Notes: generated by a model from the sequence alone, not told the origin. Shown: positions 9,248 to 20,298, counted from the stretch's first letter. The stretch: DNA of 45,918 bases from Oceanospirillales bacterium (GCA_003233095.1 QIKT01000076.1:1-45918), one strand, 5' to 3'. Translations and numbers: made by a program.

Positions 9248-9411
9248 GGAACCTCTGAACCAGTCATGACCGGTTGTCTTGAGCGTCAAACACGCCTCCT
9301 CTGCGTTGCATGAACCGAGCCATAGCAACAACTTATGACTCGGTTCATGCGCCTTGATCGGACGTATTTGCCATCTCAATCCAACTCGCTTAAGACTTGT
9401 TCAAAGGCTCC
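9248..9411 (+). mobile_element. MITE family A, full copy with CTAA target duplication
   Basis: GGAACCTCTGAACCAGTC...GACTTGTTCAAAGGCTCC with CTAA at 9244-9247 and 9412-9415; central hairpin at 9308-9350. Confidence 0.88.
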
Positions 9412-9476
9412 CTAAGAAACTAAAAAATTAAAGCATACTGTGTTAACAGTGAATCAAGGTGAGTCTCGCTCAATGA

Positions 9477-10349
9477 TCAGTCCCAGAGCCTGATCAGTCC
9501 TTCCTGGTTGACCGAGGCGACCAGGTCTCCCTGCTGGTTGAAGACCTGGCCGCGTGACAGTCCCCGCCCACCGATGGCGATCGGGCTTTCCAGGCTGTAC
9601 AGCAACCAGTCATCGATGCGGAAATCGCGGTGGAAGAACATCGCATGATCGAGGCTGGCCAGCTGCAGGTTTTCGGTAAACAGGGTGACCTTGTGCGGTA
9701 GCAGTGAGGTGGTCAGCAGGCCGTAGTCACTGGCGTAGGCCAGCATCGCCCGATGCAGGATAGGATCATCGGGCAGAATTCCGGACGCTTTGAACCACAA
9801 TTGTCGAACCGGCTCCTGAACCTGCGGATCTTTCAATTGAGGTTTCTGCACCCAGCGAAAGTTGAATGGTCGAGTCTCGAACAGAAAACGCCGCGTCTTG
9901 GGCGGCAATTGATCGGCTCCATCGAGGGTTTCTTCGGACTGATCGGTCAGCGTGCTGTAGTGAGGGACGTCCGGCATCGGGCGCTGATGACACAGGCCCT
10001 CCTCATGCTTCTGGAAGGAACAGGCCAGATTGAGGATCGGCTTGCCGTGCTGAATGGCGACCACCCGACGATTGGAAAAACTGGAGCCTTCCAGTTGCTG
10101 ATCGACTTCGTAGACAATCGGCGCCTGCATGTCGCCCGGACGCAGGAAATAGGCATGCAAGGAGTGCACGCTGCGGTTGTCGACTGTGCGATGCGCGGCC
10201 GATAGAGCCTGTCCCAGCACCTGACCACCAAACACCTGCTTGCCGCCAATATCGCGGCTTTCACCACGAAACAGGTTCACTTCAAGCTGTTCGAGCGTCA
10301 GAACGCGAACCACTTCATCGAGTTTCTGCTGATCGGTCAGTCCGGGCAT
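9477..10349 (-). CDS. tesB: Acyl-CoA thioesterase II
   Basis: VFGGQVLGQAL, HSLHAYFLRPGD, AYASDY, ASLDHAM and QEGLIR; start moved to the ATG at 10349. Confidence 0.95.
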   Translation of the reverse strand: MPGLTDQQKLDEVVRVLTLEQLEVNLFRGESRDIGGKQVFGGQVLGQALSAAHRTVDNRSVHSLHAYFLRPGDMQAPIVYEVDQQLEGSSFSNRRVVAIQHGKPILNLACSFQKHEEGLCHQRPMPDVPHYSTLTDQSEETLDGADQLPPKTRRFLFETRPFNFRWVQKPQLKDPQVQEPVRQLWFKASGILPDDPILHRAMLAYASDYGLLTTSLLPHKVTLFTENLQLASLDHAMFFHRDFRIDDWLLYSLESPIAIGGRGLSRGQVFNQQGDLVASVNQEGLIRLWD

Positions 10350-10362
10350 AGTGTCTCTCCGT

Positions 10363-12951
10363 TCAGTGGGCGTCCAGGGACCCGATTTCAGGCAGGCGCG
10401 TGCGCTGAATGATCGGGCCGAAGTACAGGGCGTTGATATACAGTCGCTGGGTGCCGGTCCAGAACCCTCGGAAGTTGGGATTGTCGGCAAACCGGATCAG
10501 GCTGCCGCTGCCGAGGCGGCTGGCGATCACGGCCGGCTGTCCGGCCATCTGCTGACGGCGCTGGTCACCGAGAAAACCACTGAGCAGCGGCTCATCGGCA
10601 TAATTCATCGGCGTGTCGTAAGGATTGTCAGTCATCTCCAGAATGACGGTGCCGCGTTTGAACAGGGGCAGCGAGTCGGACGCCAGGCCCCAGGCGAGGG
10701 GATGGCTCTGGTCCACATCCGCTTTGACAATGGCTCCGCCGATGATGGTATCGCTCAAATCCTGGCTAAAATCGGAATAGGGGCGTCGTTCGATGGCTTC
10801 GGACTCGTCGCTGTCCGACGCATCATCGGGGCGGTCGGGGAAGAAGGTCTTGCTGGTCTGCAACCACTCGCTGGCCGTGCTGGTTGTGATCAAGGTGCCG
10901 CCGGCCTGAACCCAGCTCTTGAGCGCGTCACGACGCGCTTCGTTCATGGCGTCGTAGCGACCATTGACCATCAATACGTGGCTGTACTGGTCCAGATCAA
11001 TTGACTCCAGACGAGCCATTTCGACCATGCTAAGCGGCAGTTCGAGACGCTGATCGAGCAGGTGCCAGACCTCGCCGACGTCCAGCGGCGAAACACCGTC
11101 ACCGATGATGATCAGCGGCGTAACGGCCGACAGAGAGGGCATGCTGGGGCCGCCCAGGTCGGGTCCTTCCGGGGTCAGATAGGATCGAATTGGCACCACT
11201 GGAAGCTGATCTTCGTTGGCCAGGGTTGCCAGCAGAGTCTCAACGGCCTGCTGCTGGGCCGGGGTAGCCGGCATGATCATGATCGCACCGGGGATGAATT
11301 TTCGCTGACCGGTCGGAGTTTGTGCCGTAAAGGGCTTTGTTGCCACACGAACCGGAATCTCGGCTTTGAGCAAGCGGTTGAGTGCGCGCGGTGCATGAAC
11401 GTGTGACCAGTCAAAGGCATAGGCGGTTGAACCACTGACCGCCTGAGCGGGGCTGTTCCGGTTGTCGTTGACACGCTCACCCATCAGATCGCTGGTCTTG
11501 CTCAGGCTGATGCTGTCAAGATCATAAGCCATGGCCATGTTCCAGGCCGAGACATCGTAAAAGGTATTGTCTTCGAATTCTGTGCGGGTCTCGAACAGGC
11601 TCTTCAGCAATCGATAGGCCGGCTGTTGCATCGAGACGATGTAGGCAGTTCCTGGTTCGTATCGGACGCCCTCGCGTGTCAACGCTTCGCTCAGGTGGTG
11701 AACCTCGATCTGATGGCCGCGCAGCATGTCGGCAAGCTGGCGTGCCTTGACCGGATCATTGACGCGGCCAAACAGCACGGCCTTGATGCGGTCACGAGAG
11801 GCCAGATCAGCAGTTTGCAGGCGGAAGTCGCGGCGATAGGTCAGCAGTTTCTGATGGTTTGCAATGGCGCCCTCAATGGTCGATAGCGAGGTCAGGAACT
11901 GGTTTCGAATGGCCGTCTGGAAGGACAGTAGCCCGTTGCTAGAATCGGCCAGATGACCTCGAGCACTGGCTTGTTCAAACAGAATGCCAATGGCGCCGAG
12001 CGCATCGGGGTAGGTCGAGCCTTTACCGTAATAGAAGTCGTCAAACTGCTCTTCGGTAAAGTAGGGCTGATTGACTGAGTCCAGGGCGCGAGCATGGTAG
12101 GTGGCCAGTTCGGCCGTAATGTCGAAGTTTTCGGTGGGCGTCCAGGGGTTTTGACGACTGCGAACACCGGGCTGAAAGAAATAGGTCGAGTCAGTGCCCA
12201 TCTCGTGATAATCGGCGACGACATGCGGGCGCCAACGATTCATCACCGCAACCCGGTTGCGTGATTCGGGGTGCACCAGCGGCAGCCAGTCACGATTGAG
12301 GTCAAACCAGAAGTGATTGAAACGCCCACCGGGCCAGACTTCGTTGTGTTCACGGTTGTCTCGATCGCTGACCAGCGCCTGTATGCCGCGATGGCTGTTG
12401 ACCCACTGTGCAAAACGGCCCAGACCATCGGGGTTCAGTGACGGGTCGATCAGCACGACCGTATTGTCCAGCCAGGACTCGGCCTCATCACCCTGCATGG
12501 CGGCCAGATGGTAGGCGGTTAGCATCGAGGCGTTCGAGCCGCTGGCCTCATTGCCGTGAATGCTGTAGCCCAGCCAGACGACCAGAGGCGCATCAGGGTC
12601 GACGGTGTCGCTGTTCAACTGTCGCTGATGATGCGCCAGAATGTCATCAATGCGGGCGATGTTTTCGGCACTGCTGACAGTGAGAGTAACCTGTCTGCGA
12701 TTCTCATGGGTGCGGCCGATATCGTCGATCAATACCCGATCGGAGGCAGTGGCAACTGCTTCCATGTAATGAACCAGTGCATCATGTCGGATGTGCCAGT
12801 CACCAACCTCGAAGCCGATCACAGATTCAGGCGTTGGGATACGCTCGTCGTAGCCTGGCGGGTCGCTCAGGAAACGTGTCATGTCGGCTTGTCCAGTGGA
12901 ACAGAGCAGTGTCAGGATGAGAGCAGAAAGAACGGTCAGTCGTCGGGTCAT
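10363..12951 (-). CDS. Secreted M14-family zinc carboxypeptidase
   Basis: Signal peptide; SIHGNE (HxxE), NPDG, DLNRDW and DYHEMG; GATase-like C-terminal region. Confidence 0.88.
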   Translation of the reverse strand: MTRRLTVLSALILTLLCSTGQADMTRFLSDPPGYDERIPTPESVIGFEVGDWHIRHDALVHYMEAVATASDRVLIDDIGRTHENRRQVTLTVSSAENIARIDDILAHHQRQLNSDTVDPDAPLVVWLGYSIHGNEASGSNASMLTAYHLAAMQGDEAESWLDNTVVLIDPSLNPDGLGRFAQWVNSHRGIQALVSDRDNREHNEVWPGGRFNHFWFDLNRDWLPLVHPESRNRVAVMNRWRPHVVADYHEMGTDSTYFFQPGVRSRQNPWTPTENFDITAELATYHARALDSVNQPYFTEEQFDDFYYGKGSTYPDALGAIGILFEQASARGHLADSSNGLLSFQTAIRNQFLTSLSTIEGAIANHQKLLTYRRDFRLQTADLASRDRIKAVLFGRVNDPVKARQLADMLRGHQIEVHHLSEALTREGVRYEPGTAYIVSMQQPAYRLLKSLFETRTEFEDNTFYDVSAWNMAMAYDLDSISLSKTSDLMGERVNDNRNSPAQAVSGSTAYAFDWSHVHAPRALNRLLKAEIPVRVATKPFTAQTPTGQRKFIPGAIMIMPATPAQQQAVETLLATLANEDQLPVVPIRSYLTPEGPDLGGPSMPSLSAVTPLIIIGDGVSPLDVGEVWHLLDQRLELPLSMVEMARLESIDLDQYSHVLMVNGRYDAMNEARRDALKSWVQAGGTLITTSTASEWLQTSKTFFPDRPDDASDSDESEAIERRPYSDFSQDLSDTIIGGAIVKADVDQSHPLAWGLASDSLPLFKRGTVILEMTDNPYDTPMNYADEPLLSGFLGDQRRQQMAGQPAVIASRLGSGSLIRFADNPNFRGFWTGTQRLYINALYFGPIIQRTRLPEIGSLDAH

Positions 12952-12969
12952 TATGAGCGGTTCCGAAGG

Positions 12970-13875
12970 TCAGGATGAGGTCAGAGTGTCAATCAGCGCG
13001 CCGACAAAAATGGCCACGCCAATCCAGTTATTGTGCAGGAAGGCTTCGAAGCAACCTTCTCGGTCGCGATGGCGAATCAGCCATTGATGATACACCATCA
13101 ATCCGGCGGCCACGGCCAGGCCGGTCAGCCAGGGTGTGCCAAATCCGGCGCGAGATCCGGCCAGGTGCAGGGTCCACAGCATCATGGCCTGTGTGATGCC
13201 GATCGCGATCCGATCGATGTCGCCAAACAGAATGGCCGTGGAGCGAATCCCGAGACGAATGTCATCATCGCGATCGACCATGGCATACATGGTGTCGTAG
13301 ACCGTGGCCCACAGCACTGTGGCAATCAGCAGCAGCCATGCAATGCTGTCAATCCCGCCCGTCTCGGCGGCCCAGGCCATCGGCACGGCCCAGCCGAATG
13401 CAGCGCCCAGATACACCTGAGGCAGCCAGGTATAGCGCTTCATGAACGGATAGGTGATGGCCAGAAACAGGCCCACCAGAGACAGCAGGATAGTCAGTTT
13501 ATTGGTCATCAAAACCAGGCCAAAGGCCAGCAGTGCGAGCACGATGAACACAATCAGTGCCTCTCGTGGGCTGATCAGTCCGGTTGCCAGAGGCCTGTCA
13601 CGGGTGCGTTCGACCTGGCCATCGAAGTTTCGATCGGCCAGGTCATTGATCACGCAGCCCGCCATTCGCATGACGATGACACCCAAGGTGAATATGATCA
13701 GGTTCGCGATCGACGGAATCCCGCCTGCGGCAAACCAGAGCGCCCACCAGGTTGGCCAGAGCAGCAGAAAGAAGCCGATCGGCTTGTCCAGGCGCAACAG
13801 GCGAATCAGGGCTGATCGACGTTCGGGTTCAGCCAGCAGGCCAGGAAGTGGAAGGTTGGCCAACGGGTTGCCCAT
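12970..13875 (-). CDS. ubiA: 4-hydroxybenzoate octaprenyltransferase
   Basis: [28 protein letters not shown] and [13 protein letters not shown]. Confidence 0.96.
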   Translation of the reverse strand: MGNPLANLPLPGLLAEPERRSALIRLLRLDKPIGFFLLLWPTWWALWFAAGGIPSIANLIIFTLGVIVMRMAGCVINDLADRNFDGQVERTRDRPLATGLISPREALIVFIVLALLAFGLVLMTNKLTILLSLVGLFLAITYPFMKRYTWLPQVYLGAAFGWAVPMAWAAETGGIDSIAWLLLIATVLWATVYDTMYAMVDRDDDIRLGIRSTAILFGDIDRIAIGITQAMMLWTLHLAGSRAGFGTPWLTGLAVAAGLMVYHQWLIRHRDREGCFEAFLHNNWIGVAIFVGALIDTLTSS

Positions 13876-14450
13876 CAGTGATGGTCTCGGGTTGTCTGCT
13901 CGAAAAGCGCGGGCAGAAACGCTTCATAAATGAGCAACCTCTGGTCGCGTGCCGACAGCACAGAGCGTCGGCACCAGGCTGGATCTCGCAGTTCCTCGAA
14001 GACGCTGTCGTGGCGTCTCAGAAGCGCAATTTCCAATGATTCACGCTCGATATCCGGGTCGGCGAACAGCAAGGGACCCAGCGGTTCGTTTTTTCGTTCC
14101 AGTAGCTTTTCGATGGCGCTGGACATGGCGCTTTCGGGGATTACCACACGGGCCAGCACGCGCGAATGGCCATGTGCTGTCAGGCGAACGTGACGAACCA
14201 GGCAGCGCATATCTTCTTCAATTTCCAACAGCGTCGCTTCATTGGGCATCGGCTGTTCCCAACCCTGGTTGACCAGCACCAGACCCAGCGCGTCGCCCAG
14301 GTTTTCCTGCAGTAAACGAGTCAGCGAACCTGGGTGCAGCAACCAGCGCTGGACGCGAGCGTTCGGTTGCTCAGCGGCTGGCATCTGGTCGATGGATTGC
14401 CATGGGGTCGATGGCAGGTCCGTATCAGCGATGGTTGACGATGTGGCCAA
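13875..14450 (-). CDS. ubiC: Chorismate pyruvate-lyase
   Basis: [25 protein letters not shown] and IYEAFLP; coupled to ubiA; TTG start. Confidence 0.88.
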   Translation of the reverse strand: MATSSTIADTDLPSTPWQSIDQMPAAEQPNARVQRWLLHPGSLTRLLQENLGDALGLVLVNQGWEQPMPNEATLLEIEEDMRCLVRHVRLTAHGHSRVLARVVIPESAMSSAIEKLLERKNEPLGPLLFADPDIERESLEIALLRRHDSVFEELRDPAWCRRSVLSARDQRLLIYEAFLPALFEQTTRDHH

Positions 14451-14590
14451 GCGATTCCTCAGATGATCGATGATGTCCGGGCGACCTCACAAGGCCGGCG
14501 ATCATTATGCCAGAAGCGATGCGGGAGGGTCAGTGCCATAGCCGCTGAACCTGTCAACGGACAGTGCGGATGTCCCTTGCCTGAGGGGTA

Positions 14591-16675
14591 TCAAACGTCG
14601 GCATAGGCTGCGGCCTGACCCACCCAGCGATGAATCAGCGCCAGTGCGATACCCGGATGATCTGCGAGCAGGGTCTCACAGAGCGAACTGACCAGGCCCA
14701 ACAGGTGATGATCGCGTTCAAGATTGGCCACTCTGAAGACCATGTCGCCAGTTTGCCGGGTGCCCAGTACCTCGCCGGGGCCACGCAGCTCCAGATCCTT
14801 GCGGGCTATCTCGAACCCATCGTTGGTTTCACGCATCAATTGCAGTCGTTCGCGCGCCGTCTGACTCAGCGGAGATCTGTACAGCAGGACGCAAGTGGAT
14901 TGGGCTTCGCTGCGACCCACTCGACCGCGCAGTTGGTGTAACTGGGACAAGCCGAGGCGCTCGGCATTTTCGATCACCATCAGGCTGGCATTGGGAACAT
15001 CAACGCCCACTTCGATGACCGTCGTGGCGACCAGCAAGTCGGTGCGACCGGCCTTGAAATCGCTCATCAATGTGGTTTTTTCGTCACTGGATAATCGGCC
15101 ATGTACCAGTGCCACATTGAGGTCCGGCAGTTCGTCGTTCAGCTGCTCGGCGATTTCGGTCGCGGCTTCGGCCTCGAGATTGTCCGAGCTCTCGATCAGG
15201 GTGCACACCCAATAGGCCTGGCGGCCTTCAGCACAGGCATGTCGAATGCGTTCGATGATCTCAGCGCGGCGGCGATTGCTGATGGCGATGGTCTGGATGT
15301 CCTGCCGATTGGGCGGCAGCTCATCAATCACCGACACGTCCAGATCAGCGTATGCAGTCATCGCCAGCGTTCTCGGGATCGGCGTGGCAGTCATGATCAA
15401 CTGGTGCGGCGCCAGGTGTTGCGAGAGCCCCTTGTCGCGCAAAGCAAGGCGTTGGTCGACCCCGAAGCGGTGTTGTTCATCGACCACAACCAGGCCCAGG
15501 TTACGGAACTTTACAGCTTCCTGAAACAGGGCATGGGTGCCGATCATCAGCTGGCCTTCGCCACAGATGGCCTCAAGAGCAGCGGTTCGAGCCTTGCCGC
15601 GGACTTTGCCAGCCAGCCAGACCACGCGCACGCCGAGTGGTTCGAACCAGTCTCTGAGTGACTGCAAGTGTTGTTCGGCGAGGATCTCGGTGGGCGCAAT
15701 CATGGCCGCCTGGTAACCGGCTGCAATGCACTGGGCCAGCGCCGCCGCCGCGACCACGGTCTTGCCCGATCCGACGTCACCCTGAATCAGTCGCATGGCT
15801 GGCCGGGCTTCGCTCAGATCGTCACTGATTTCGTCAATCACGCGTTGCTGTGCACCGGTCAATGTAAACGGCAGCTGTGACAGGAAGGTGGTCTGCAACG
15901 CGCTGTTTGACTCGAGGGCGCCGCTTGAATGTGACTGAATTTTCTGTCGCAGCAAGCGCAGGCTGAGTCGATGCGCCAGCAGTTCATCGATGGCCAGACG
16001 TTGCTGGCAGGGGTGCTCGCCCTGCATCAGCAGTTGGGTGTCGGCGCCAGCGGGTGGTTGGTGCATGAAGCGAATTGACTCGTTGAGCGGCGGCAGCCCG
16101 ATCTGTTCCAGCAAACTGGCCGGAAGCAGCTCGAATTCGATTTGCCCCATTCGCTCAATCGCCTGCTGGCACAGACGGCTGATCAGGTTCTGCCCCAGCC
16201 CTTCAGTCAGCGGATAGATCGGCGTCAGGGTGGTTTCCAGCGGGACCGGCTTGTGAATGATTTCCCACTGTGGATGAATCATCTCAACGCCCCCCTGATA
16301 GCCCTGCCGGGCCACACCGTAGCAGCGCAGCCTGACGCCGCATTGCAGGCTTCGAATCTGATTGGGGTAGAAGTTGAACAGACGTAGGGTCATCACGCCA
16401 CTGTCATCTTCGAGTGCCAGCGTCAGCATCTTGTGACCAAATCGTCTGATCTGCACGTCAATGATCTCGCCCTCGATCAGGGCATTCTGATCCAGACTCA
16501 AGGACTGAATGGGGATCAGACAGGTCTTGTCCTGATAATGGGCTGGTAAATGAAAGAGCAGGTCAGACAGCTCCGAGAGCCCGAGCCGTGCGAGCTTTTT
16601 GGCCACTTTTTCACCGACGCCTCGAAGGGAGGTGAGTGGAGCCTGAAGCGTATCGGTCGATGGGTCGGTTGTCAT
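14591..16675 (-). CDS. recG: ATP-dependent DNA helicase RecG
   Basis: QGDVGSGKT, DEQHRFG, MTATPIPR, QLHQLRGRVGR and DLELRGPGE. Confidence 0.97.
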   Translation of the reverse strand: MTTDPSTDTLQAPLTSLRGVGEKVAKKLARLGLSELSDLLFHLPAHYQDKTCLIPIQSLSLDQNALIEGEIIDVQIRRFGHKMLTLALEDDSGVMTLRLFNFYPNQIRSLQCGVRLRCYGVARQGYQGGVEMIHPQWEIIHKPVPLETTLTPIYPLTEGLGQNLISRLCQQAIERMGQIEFELLPASLLEQIGLPPLNESIRFMHQPPAGADTQLLMQGEHPCQQRLAIDELLAHRLSLRLLRQKIQSHSSGALESNSALQTTFLSQLPFTLTGAQQRVIDEISDDLSEARPAMRLIQGDVGSGKTVVAAAALAQCIAAGYQAAMIAPTEILAEQHLQSLRDWFEPLGVRVVWLAGKVRGKARTAALEAICGEGQLMIGTHALFQEAVKFRNLGLVVVDEQHRFGVDQRLALRDKGLSQHLAPHQLIMTATPIPRTLAMTAYADLDVSVIDELPPNRQDIQTIAISNRRRAEIIERIRHACAEGRQAYWVCTLIESSDNLEAEAATEIAEQLNDELPDLNVALVHGRLSSDEKTTLMSDFKAGRTDLLVATTVIEVGVDVPNASLMVIENAERLGLSQLHQLRGRVGRSEAQSTCVLLYRSPLSQTARERLQLMRETNDGFEIARKDLELRGPGEVLGTRQTGDMVFRVANLERDHHLLGLVSSLCETLLADHPGIALALIHRWVGQAAAYADV

Positions 16676-16693
16676 GCCGCTTGGGTCGAGGTG

Positions 16694-17086
16694 TCAGTCG
16701 ATGCAGGCAATGGCATCCATTTCGACCTGAGACTCTTTGGGCAACTGATTGACGCCCAGTGCTGCGCGCGCAGGATAGGGCTCGGAGAAATACTCGGCCA
16801 TGATGGTGTTGACGGTGCTGAAATTCGACAGGTCGGTCATGAAGATGTTCAGTTTGACAATGTGCTTCAGGTCGCCACCGGCTGCCTGGCAGACGGCTCG
16901 CAGATTGCGAAAGACCTGATGGGTCTGTTCGGCAAAATCCTCGCTGATCATGGTCATGCTGCTGGCGACCAGCGGGATCTGGCCTGACAGATAGACCATC
17001 TGATCCACACGCACCGCTTGCGAATAGGTGCCAATGGCTGCTGGAGCGTCATCGCTGTGAATGATGGTGCGGTGTGATTGGGTCAT
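16694..17086 (-). CDS. RidA/YjgF family enamine-imine deaminase
   Basis: APAAIGTYSQAV, YLSGQIP, YPARAA and VEMDAI; usual spoT-rid-recG position; start at ATG 17086. Confidence 0.92.
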   Translation of the reverse strand: MTQSHRTIIHSDDAPAAIGTYSQAVRVDQMVYLSGQIPLVASSMTMISEDFAEQTHQVFRNLRAVCQAAGGDLKHIVKLNIFMTDLSNFSTVNTIMAEYFSEPYPARAALGVNQLPKESQVEMDAIACID

Positions 17087-17124
17087 CGGATCGATCCTGT
17101 GACGTCTGCTCGATTGCTGGCAGT

Positions 17125-19269
17125 CTAGCCGATACTGCGGTGAACTGAAATGACCACTTTCTTGTGTCGCAGCCGTCGAATGACGCGAGCCAAATGCTGA
17201 CGATTGGACACTTGCAGCGTGATGACCAGCATTGAGGTGTTGCCGTCTCGCTCGATGTTCTCCAGATGCTCGATATTGGTATCCAGTTCGGAGATGATCG
17301 AGGCCACCTGGGCCAGCACGCCAGGCTGGTTGTGTACTTCCACCCTGGTTTCGACGCTGAAGTGATGGTGATCGTCTTCGTCCCATTCGACATCAATGCG
17401 GCGATCGGGAACCTTGCGGAATTCCTTCAGGTTTCGACAGCTGACGCGGTGCACCACGATGCCCTTGCCCGCGGTGATGTAACCAACGATCTTGTCACCA
17501 GGAATCGGATGGCAGCATTTGGCGTAGCTGATCACATGTCCTTCATCACCCGTCAGCAGCAGAGCTTCAAGAGGTTGCACCAGATCTTCATCACCGGTTT
17601 TGTTCAGCAGTTGCCGGGCGACCATCGAGGGCATGCGATTGCCCAGGGCAATGTCGGTCAACAGCTCTTCAAGCCGCGAGAAGTTCAGGTCCTTCAGAAA
17701 GGCAGAGACCGCTTGTTCGGATAGATGGTCGAGCGAGGATTTACGCGCCACCAGAGCACGATCCAGCATTCGATGACCGACTTGAACGGCTTCCTCGTGC
17801 TTGAGGTTTTTCAAATGATGTCGGATGGCTGTGCGTGCCTTTCCGGTGACCACATAATCCAGCCAGCTGGCTCGTGGCTCGGCTGATTTGGCGGTGATGA
17901 TGTCGATCGTTTCACCGTTGTTAACCCGCTGCCGCAGGGGCGTCAGGTTCTTGTCTACCCAGGACTGAACTGAATGATTACCGACATCAGTATGGACCGC
18001 ATAGGCAAAATCCAGGACCGTGGCATTGCGCGGCATGCGGATGATTTTGCCGCGTGGGGTGAAGACATACACTTCATCGGGAAACAGCTCGACCTTGACG
18101 TTTTCGAGGAATTCCTGCGAATTACCGGCCTGAGCCTGGATGTCGAGCAAGCGGCGCAACCATTCCGAAGCGCGAGCGGCCGTTGTGCCGCCGTCGTTCT
18201 GGTCGAGCTTGTAAGCCCAGTGTGCAGCGATGCCCTGATCAGCCACCACCGCCATGTCCTGGGTGCGGATCTGTATTTCGATCGGGTCGCCATAGGGTCC
18301 GAATAGTCCGGTATGCAGGGATTGATAGCCGTTGGCCTTGGGCAGGGCGATGTAGTCCTTGAACCGATCGGGTCGTGGCTTGTACAGATTGTGGACCACG
18401 CCCAGGGCCATATAACAGTGCGGAACGGATTTGACGATAATCCGAAATCCCAGCAAATCCAGGATGTCGCGGAATGCCAGTGTCCGTTTTTTCATTTTTT
18501 GGTAGACACTGTAGGGAGTTTTAACGCGACCTTCGATCTGGCATTTGATTCGAGCTGATTTCAAACGAATGTTCAGAGCCTGGTTGATGTTGATCAGCCG
18601 CTCCTGATTGCGCCCCTCAGCCTGATTGACCAGTCCGGTGATGATGCGATAGCGCATCGGATGTCTTGCCCTGAAGCTCAGATCTTGCAGTTCGCGGCGA
18701 ATGCTGTCCATGCCCAGCCTCTGGGCGATGGGCGCATAGATATGCATGGTTTCGGTGGCAATTCGTCGCTGTTTTTCTCGCCGCATACTGCCCAAGGTGC
18801 GCATATTATGCAGTCGATCGGCCAGTTTGATCAGAATGACACGGATATCGCGGCTCATTGCCAGCATCATCTTGCGGAAGCTTTCTGCAGTGGCTTCGGT
18901 GCGGCTGGCGAAGTGGAACTTGTCCAGCTTGGTCACACCGTCAACCAGATCGGCAACGACCTCGCCAAACTGATTGGTGATGTCGTCTTTGGACAGCTCG
19001 GTATCTTCGATTGTGTCGTGCAGGATCGCCGCGATCACCGTGTCCTTATCCAGTCCGAAATCGGCCAGAATCTGGGCAACGGCAATGGGGTGGAAAATAT
19101 AGGCTTCGCCTGAATTACGAGTCTGGCCCCGATGAGCTTTCTCGCCCAGCAGATAGGCTTGTCGAATTTCGGATAGCCCCTTTCGATGCACCCGTTGTTT
19201 CAGACTCCGCTCCAGATGCAGGACCTGCTTGGGGATCTCGGTGCCAGTCTGGGGCGATGGAGTGGCCAT
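17125..19269 (-). CDS. spoT: Bifunctional (p)ppGpp synthetase/hydrolase
   Basis: Intact hydrolase motif LHDTIED, RFKD, YQSLHT and EIQIRT; TGS and ACT domains; follows rpoZ. Confidence 0.96.
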   Translation of the reverse strand: MATPSPQTGTEIPKQVLHLERSLKQRVHRKGLSEIRQAYLLGEKAHRGQTRNSGEAYIFHPIAVAQILADFGLDKDTVIAAILHDTIEDTELSKDDITNQFGEVVADLVDGVTKLDKFHFASRTEATAESFRKMMLAMSRDIRVILIKLADRLHNMRTLGSMRREKQRRIATETMHIYAPIAQRLGMDSIRRELQDLSFRARHPMRYRIITGLVNQAEGRNQERLININQALNIRLKSARIKCQIEGRVKTPYSVYQKMKKRTLAFRDILDLLGFRIIVKSVPHCYMALGVVHNLYKPRPDRFKDYIALPKANGYQSLHTGLFGPYGDPIEIQIRTQDMAVVADQGIAAHWAYKLDQNDGGTTAARASEWLRRLLDIQAQAGNSQEFLENVKVELFPDEVYVFTPRGKIIRMPRNATVLDFAYAVHTDVGNHSVQSWVDKNLTPLRQRVNNGETIDIITAKSAEPRASWLDYVVTGKARTAIRHHLKNLKHEEAVQVGHRMLDRALVARKSSLDHLSEQAVSAFLKDLNFSRLEELLTDIALGNRMPSMVARQLLNKTGDEDLVQPLEALLLTGDEGHVISYAKCCHPIPGDKIVGYITAGKGIVVHRVSCRNLKEFRKVPDRRIDVEWDEDDHHHFSVETRVEVHNQPGVLAQVASIISELDTNIEHLENIERDGNTSMLVITLQVSNRQHLARVIRRLRHKKVVISVHRSIG

Positions 19270-19348
19270 CAGGGGAGTGTCTGGCTCAGTACGAGGTCAG
19301 GACGCATACGAGTCCTGACCTGTATTCGGAAGATCAAGGTGAAGCCGA

Positions 19349-19618
19349 TCAGTTTTCCTGAGCCTCTGCCATGGCTTCTGCGATCGAATCCTGCTCGGCC
19401 TGACGACGTTGTTGCTCTTCCATCTTGTCCATTGCAGCCTCGTTGACGTGACCAGCGGCGATTTCCCGAAGGGCCAAGACCGTGGGCTTGTCGTTTTCTT
19501 CTTCGACCAATGGCTCGACGCCGTTGGCAATCTGGCGAGCGCGTCTGGCGGCCAGTAGCACCAGCTCGAAGCGGTTATCAACCTTGCGCAGACAATCTTC
19601 TACAGTAATGCGTGCCAT
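19349..19618 (-). CDS. rpoZ: RNA polymerase omega subunit
   Basis: [10 protein letters not shown]...[15 protein letters not shown]...[11 protein letters not shown]. Confidence 0.98.
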   Translation of the reverse strand: MARITVEDCLRKVDNRFELVLLAARRARQIANGVEPLVEEENDKPTVLALREIAAGHVNEAAMDKMEEQQRRQAEQDSIAEAMAEAQEN

Positions 19619-19662
19619 GTAATTCTCGTTTTATCAGGGTTAAACCTTATCATTTTACCTGC

Positions 19663-20298
19663 TTATGAAGTTGAGTCCAGCAATTGTTTGAGCAGCAGTC
19701 GATGAGCGTAACCTTGTCTCGGTGTTTTCAGTCGACGGGAGGCGACCAGATTCACCAGGTCGGCCAGTGCCTCGTCGAATACATCGTTGATGATCAGGTA
19801 GTCGAACTCGTCATGATGGCTCATTTCGTCGATTGCCTTGAGCATGCGCTTGGCGATCACCTCATCGCTGTCCTGGCCACGGTGCTGGAGCCGCTGCAGC
19901 AGGGCCTCACGCGAGGGAGGGATGATGAAGACGGTGTGTGCATCCGGATAATGCCGCTTGACCTGACGAGCACCTTGCCAGTCAATATCGAGCAGCACAT
20001 CGGTGCCCTGATCAAGCTTGGCATTGACCTCCTGATGCGAAGTGCCGTAATAGTTGCCGTAAACTTCAGCGTGTTCAAGAAAATCACCGCGTTCGATCAT
20101 CCTGCGAAAGCGGTCATGATCGACAAACTGATAATGAATGCTTTCTTCTTCCCCGGGGCGTGGGGCTCGAGTGGTGTGTGACACCGATGGACCGAGGTCA
20201 TCGAGCTGTTCGGTCAGCGCCTTGACGAGACTGGTTTTTCCGGTGCCAGAGGGGGCCGCAATGACGTAAATCTCTCCACGATAGGGCAGATTACTCAA
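19663..20298 (-). CDS. gmk: Guanylate kinase
   Basis: APSGTGKTS, SHTTRAPRPGE, YYGT and IDWQGA. Confidence 0.97.
   Translation of the reverse strand: MSNLPYRGEIYVIAAPSGTGKTSLVKALTEQLDDLGPSVSHTTRAPRPGEEESIHYQFVDHDRFRRMIERGDFLEHAEVYGNYYGTSHQEVNAKLDQGTDVLLDIDWQGARQVKRHYPDAHTVFIIPPSREALLQRLQHRGQDSDEVIAKRMLKAIDEMSHHDEFDYLIINDVFDEALADLVNLVASRRLKTPRQGYAHRLLLKQLLDSTS

Noticed and set aside
8930-9379. ORFs 8930..9172 and 9140..9379, and likewise 36058..36315, 36131..36439 and 33366..33581
   Set aside because: They run through non-coding repeat elements and have no recognisable protein features.
9177-9415. Direct repeats as a possible CRISPR array
   Set aside because: There are only two long imperfect units with TIRs, no unique spacers and no cas genes; nested MITEs explain them.
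13033-13815. Long antisense ORFs such as 13033..13815, 28450..29292, 38636..39481 and 39316..40164
   Set aside because: They are shadow frames of well-supported genes in GC-rich coding DNA and show no motifs.
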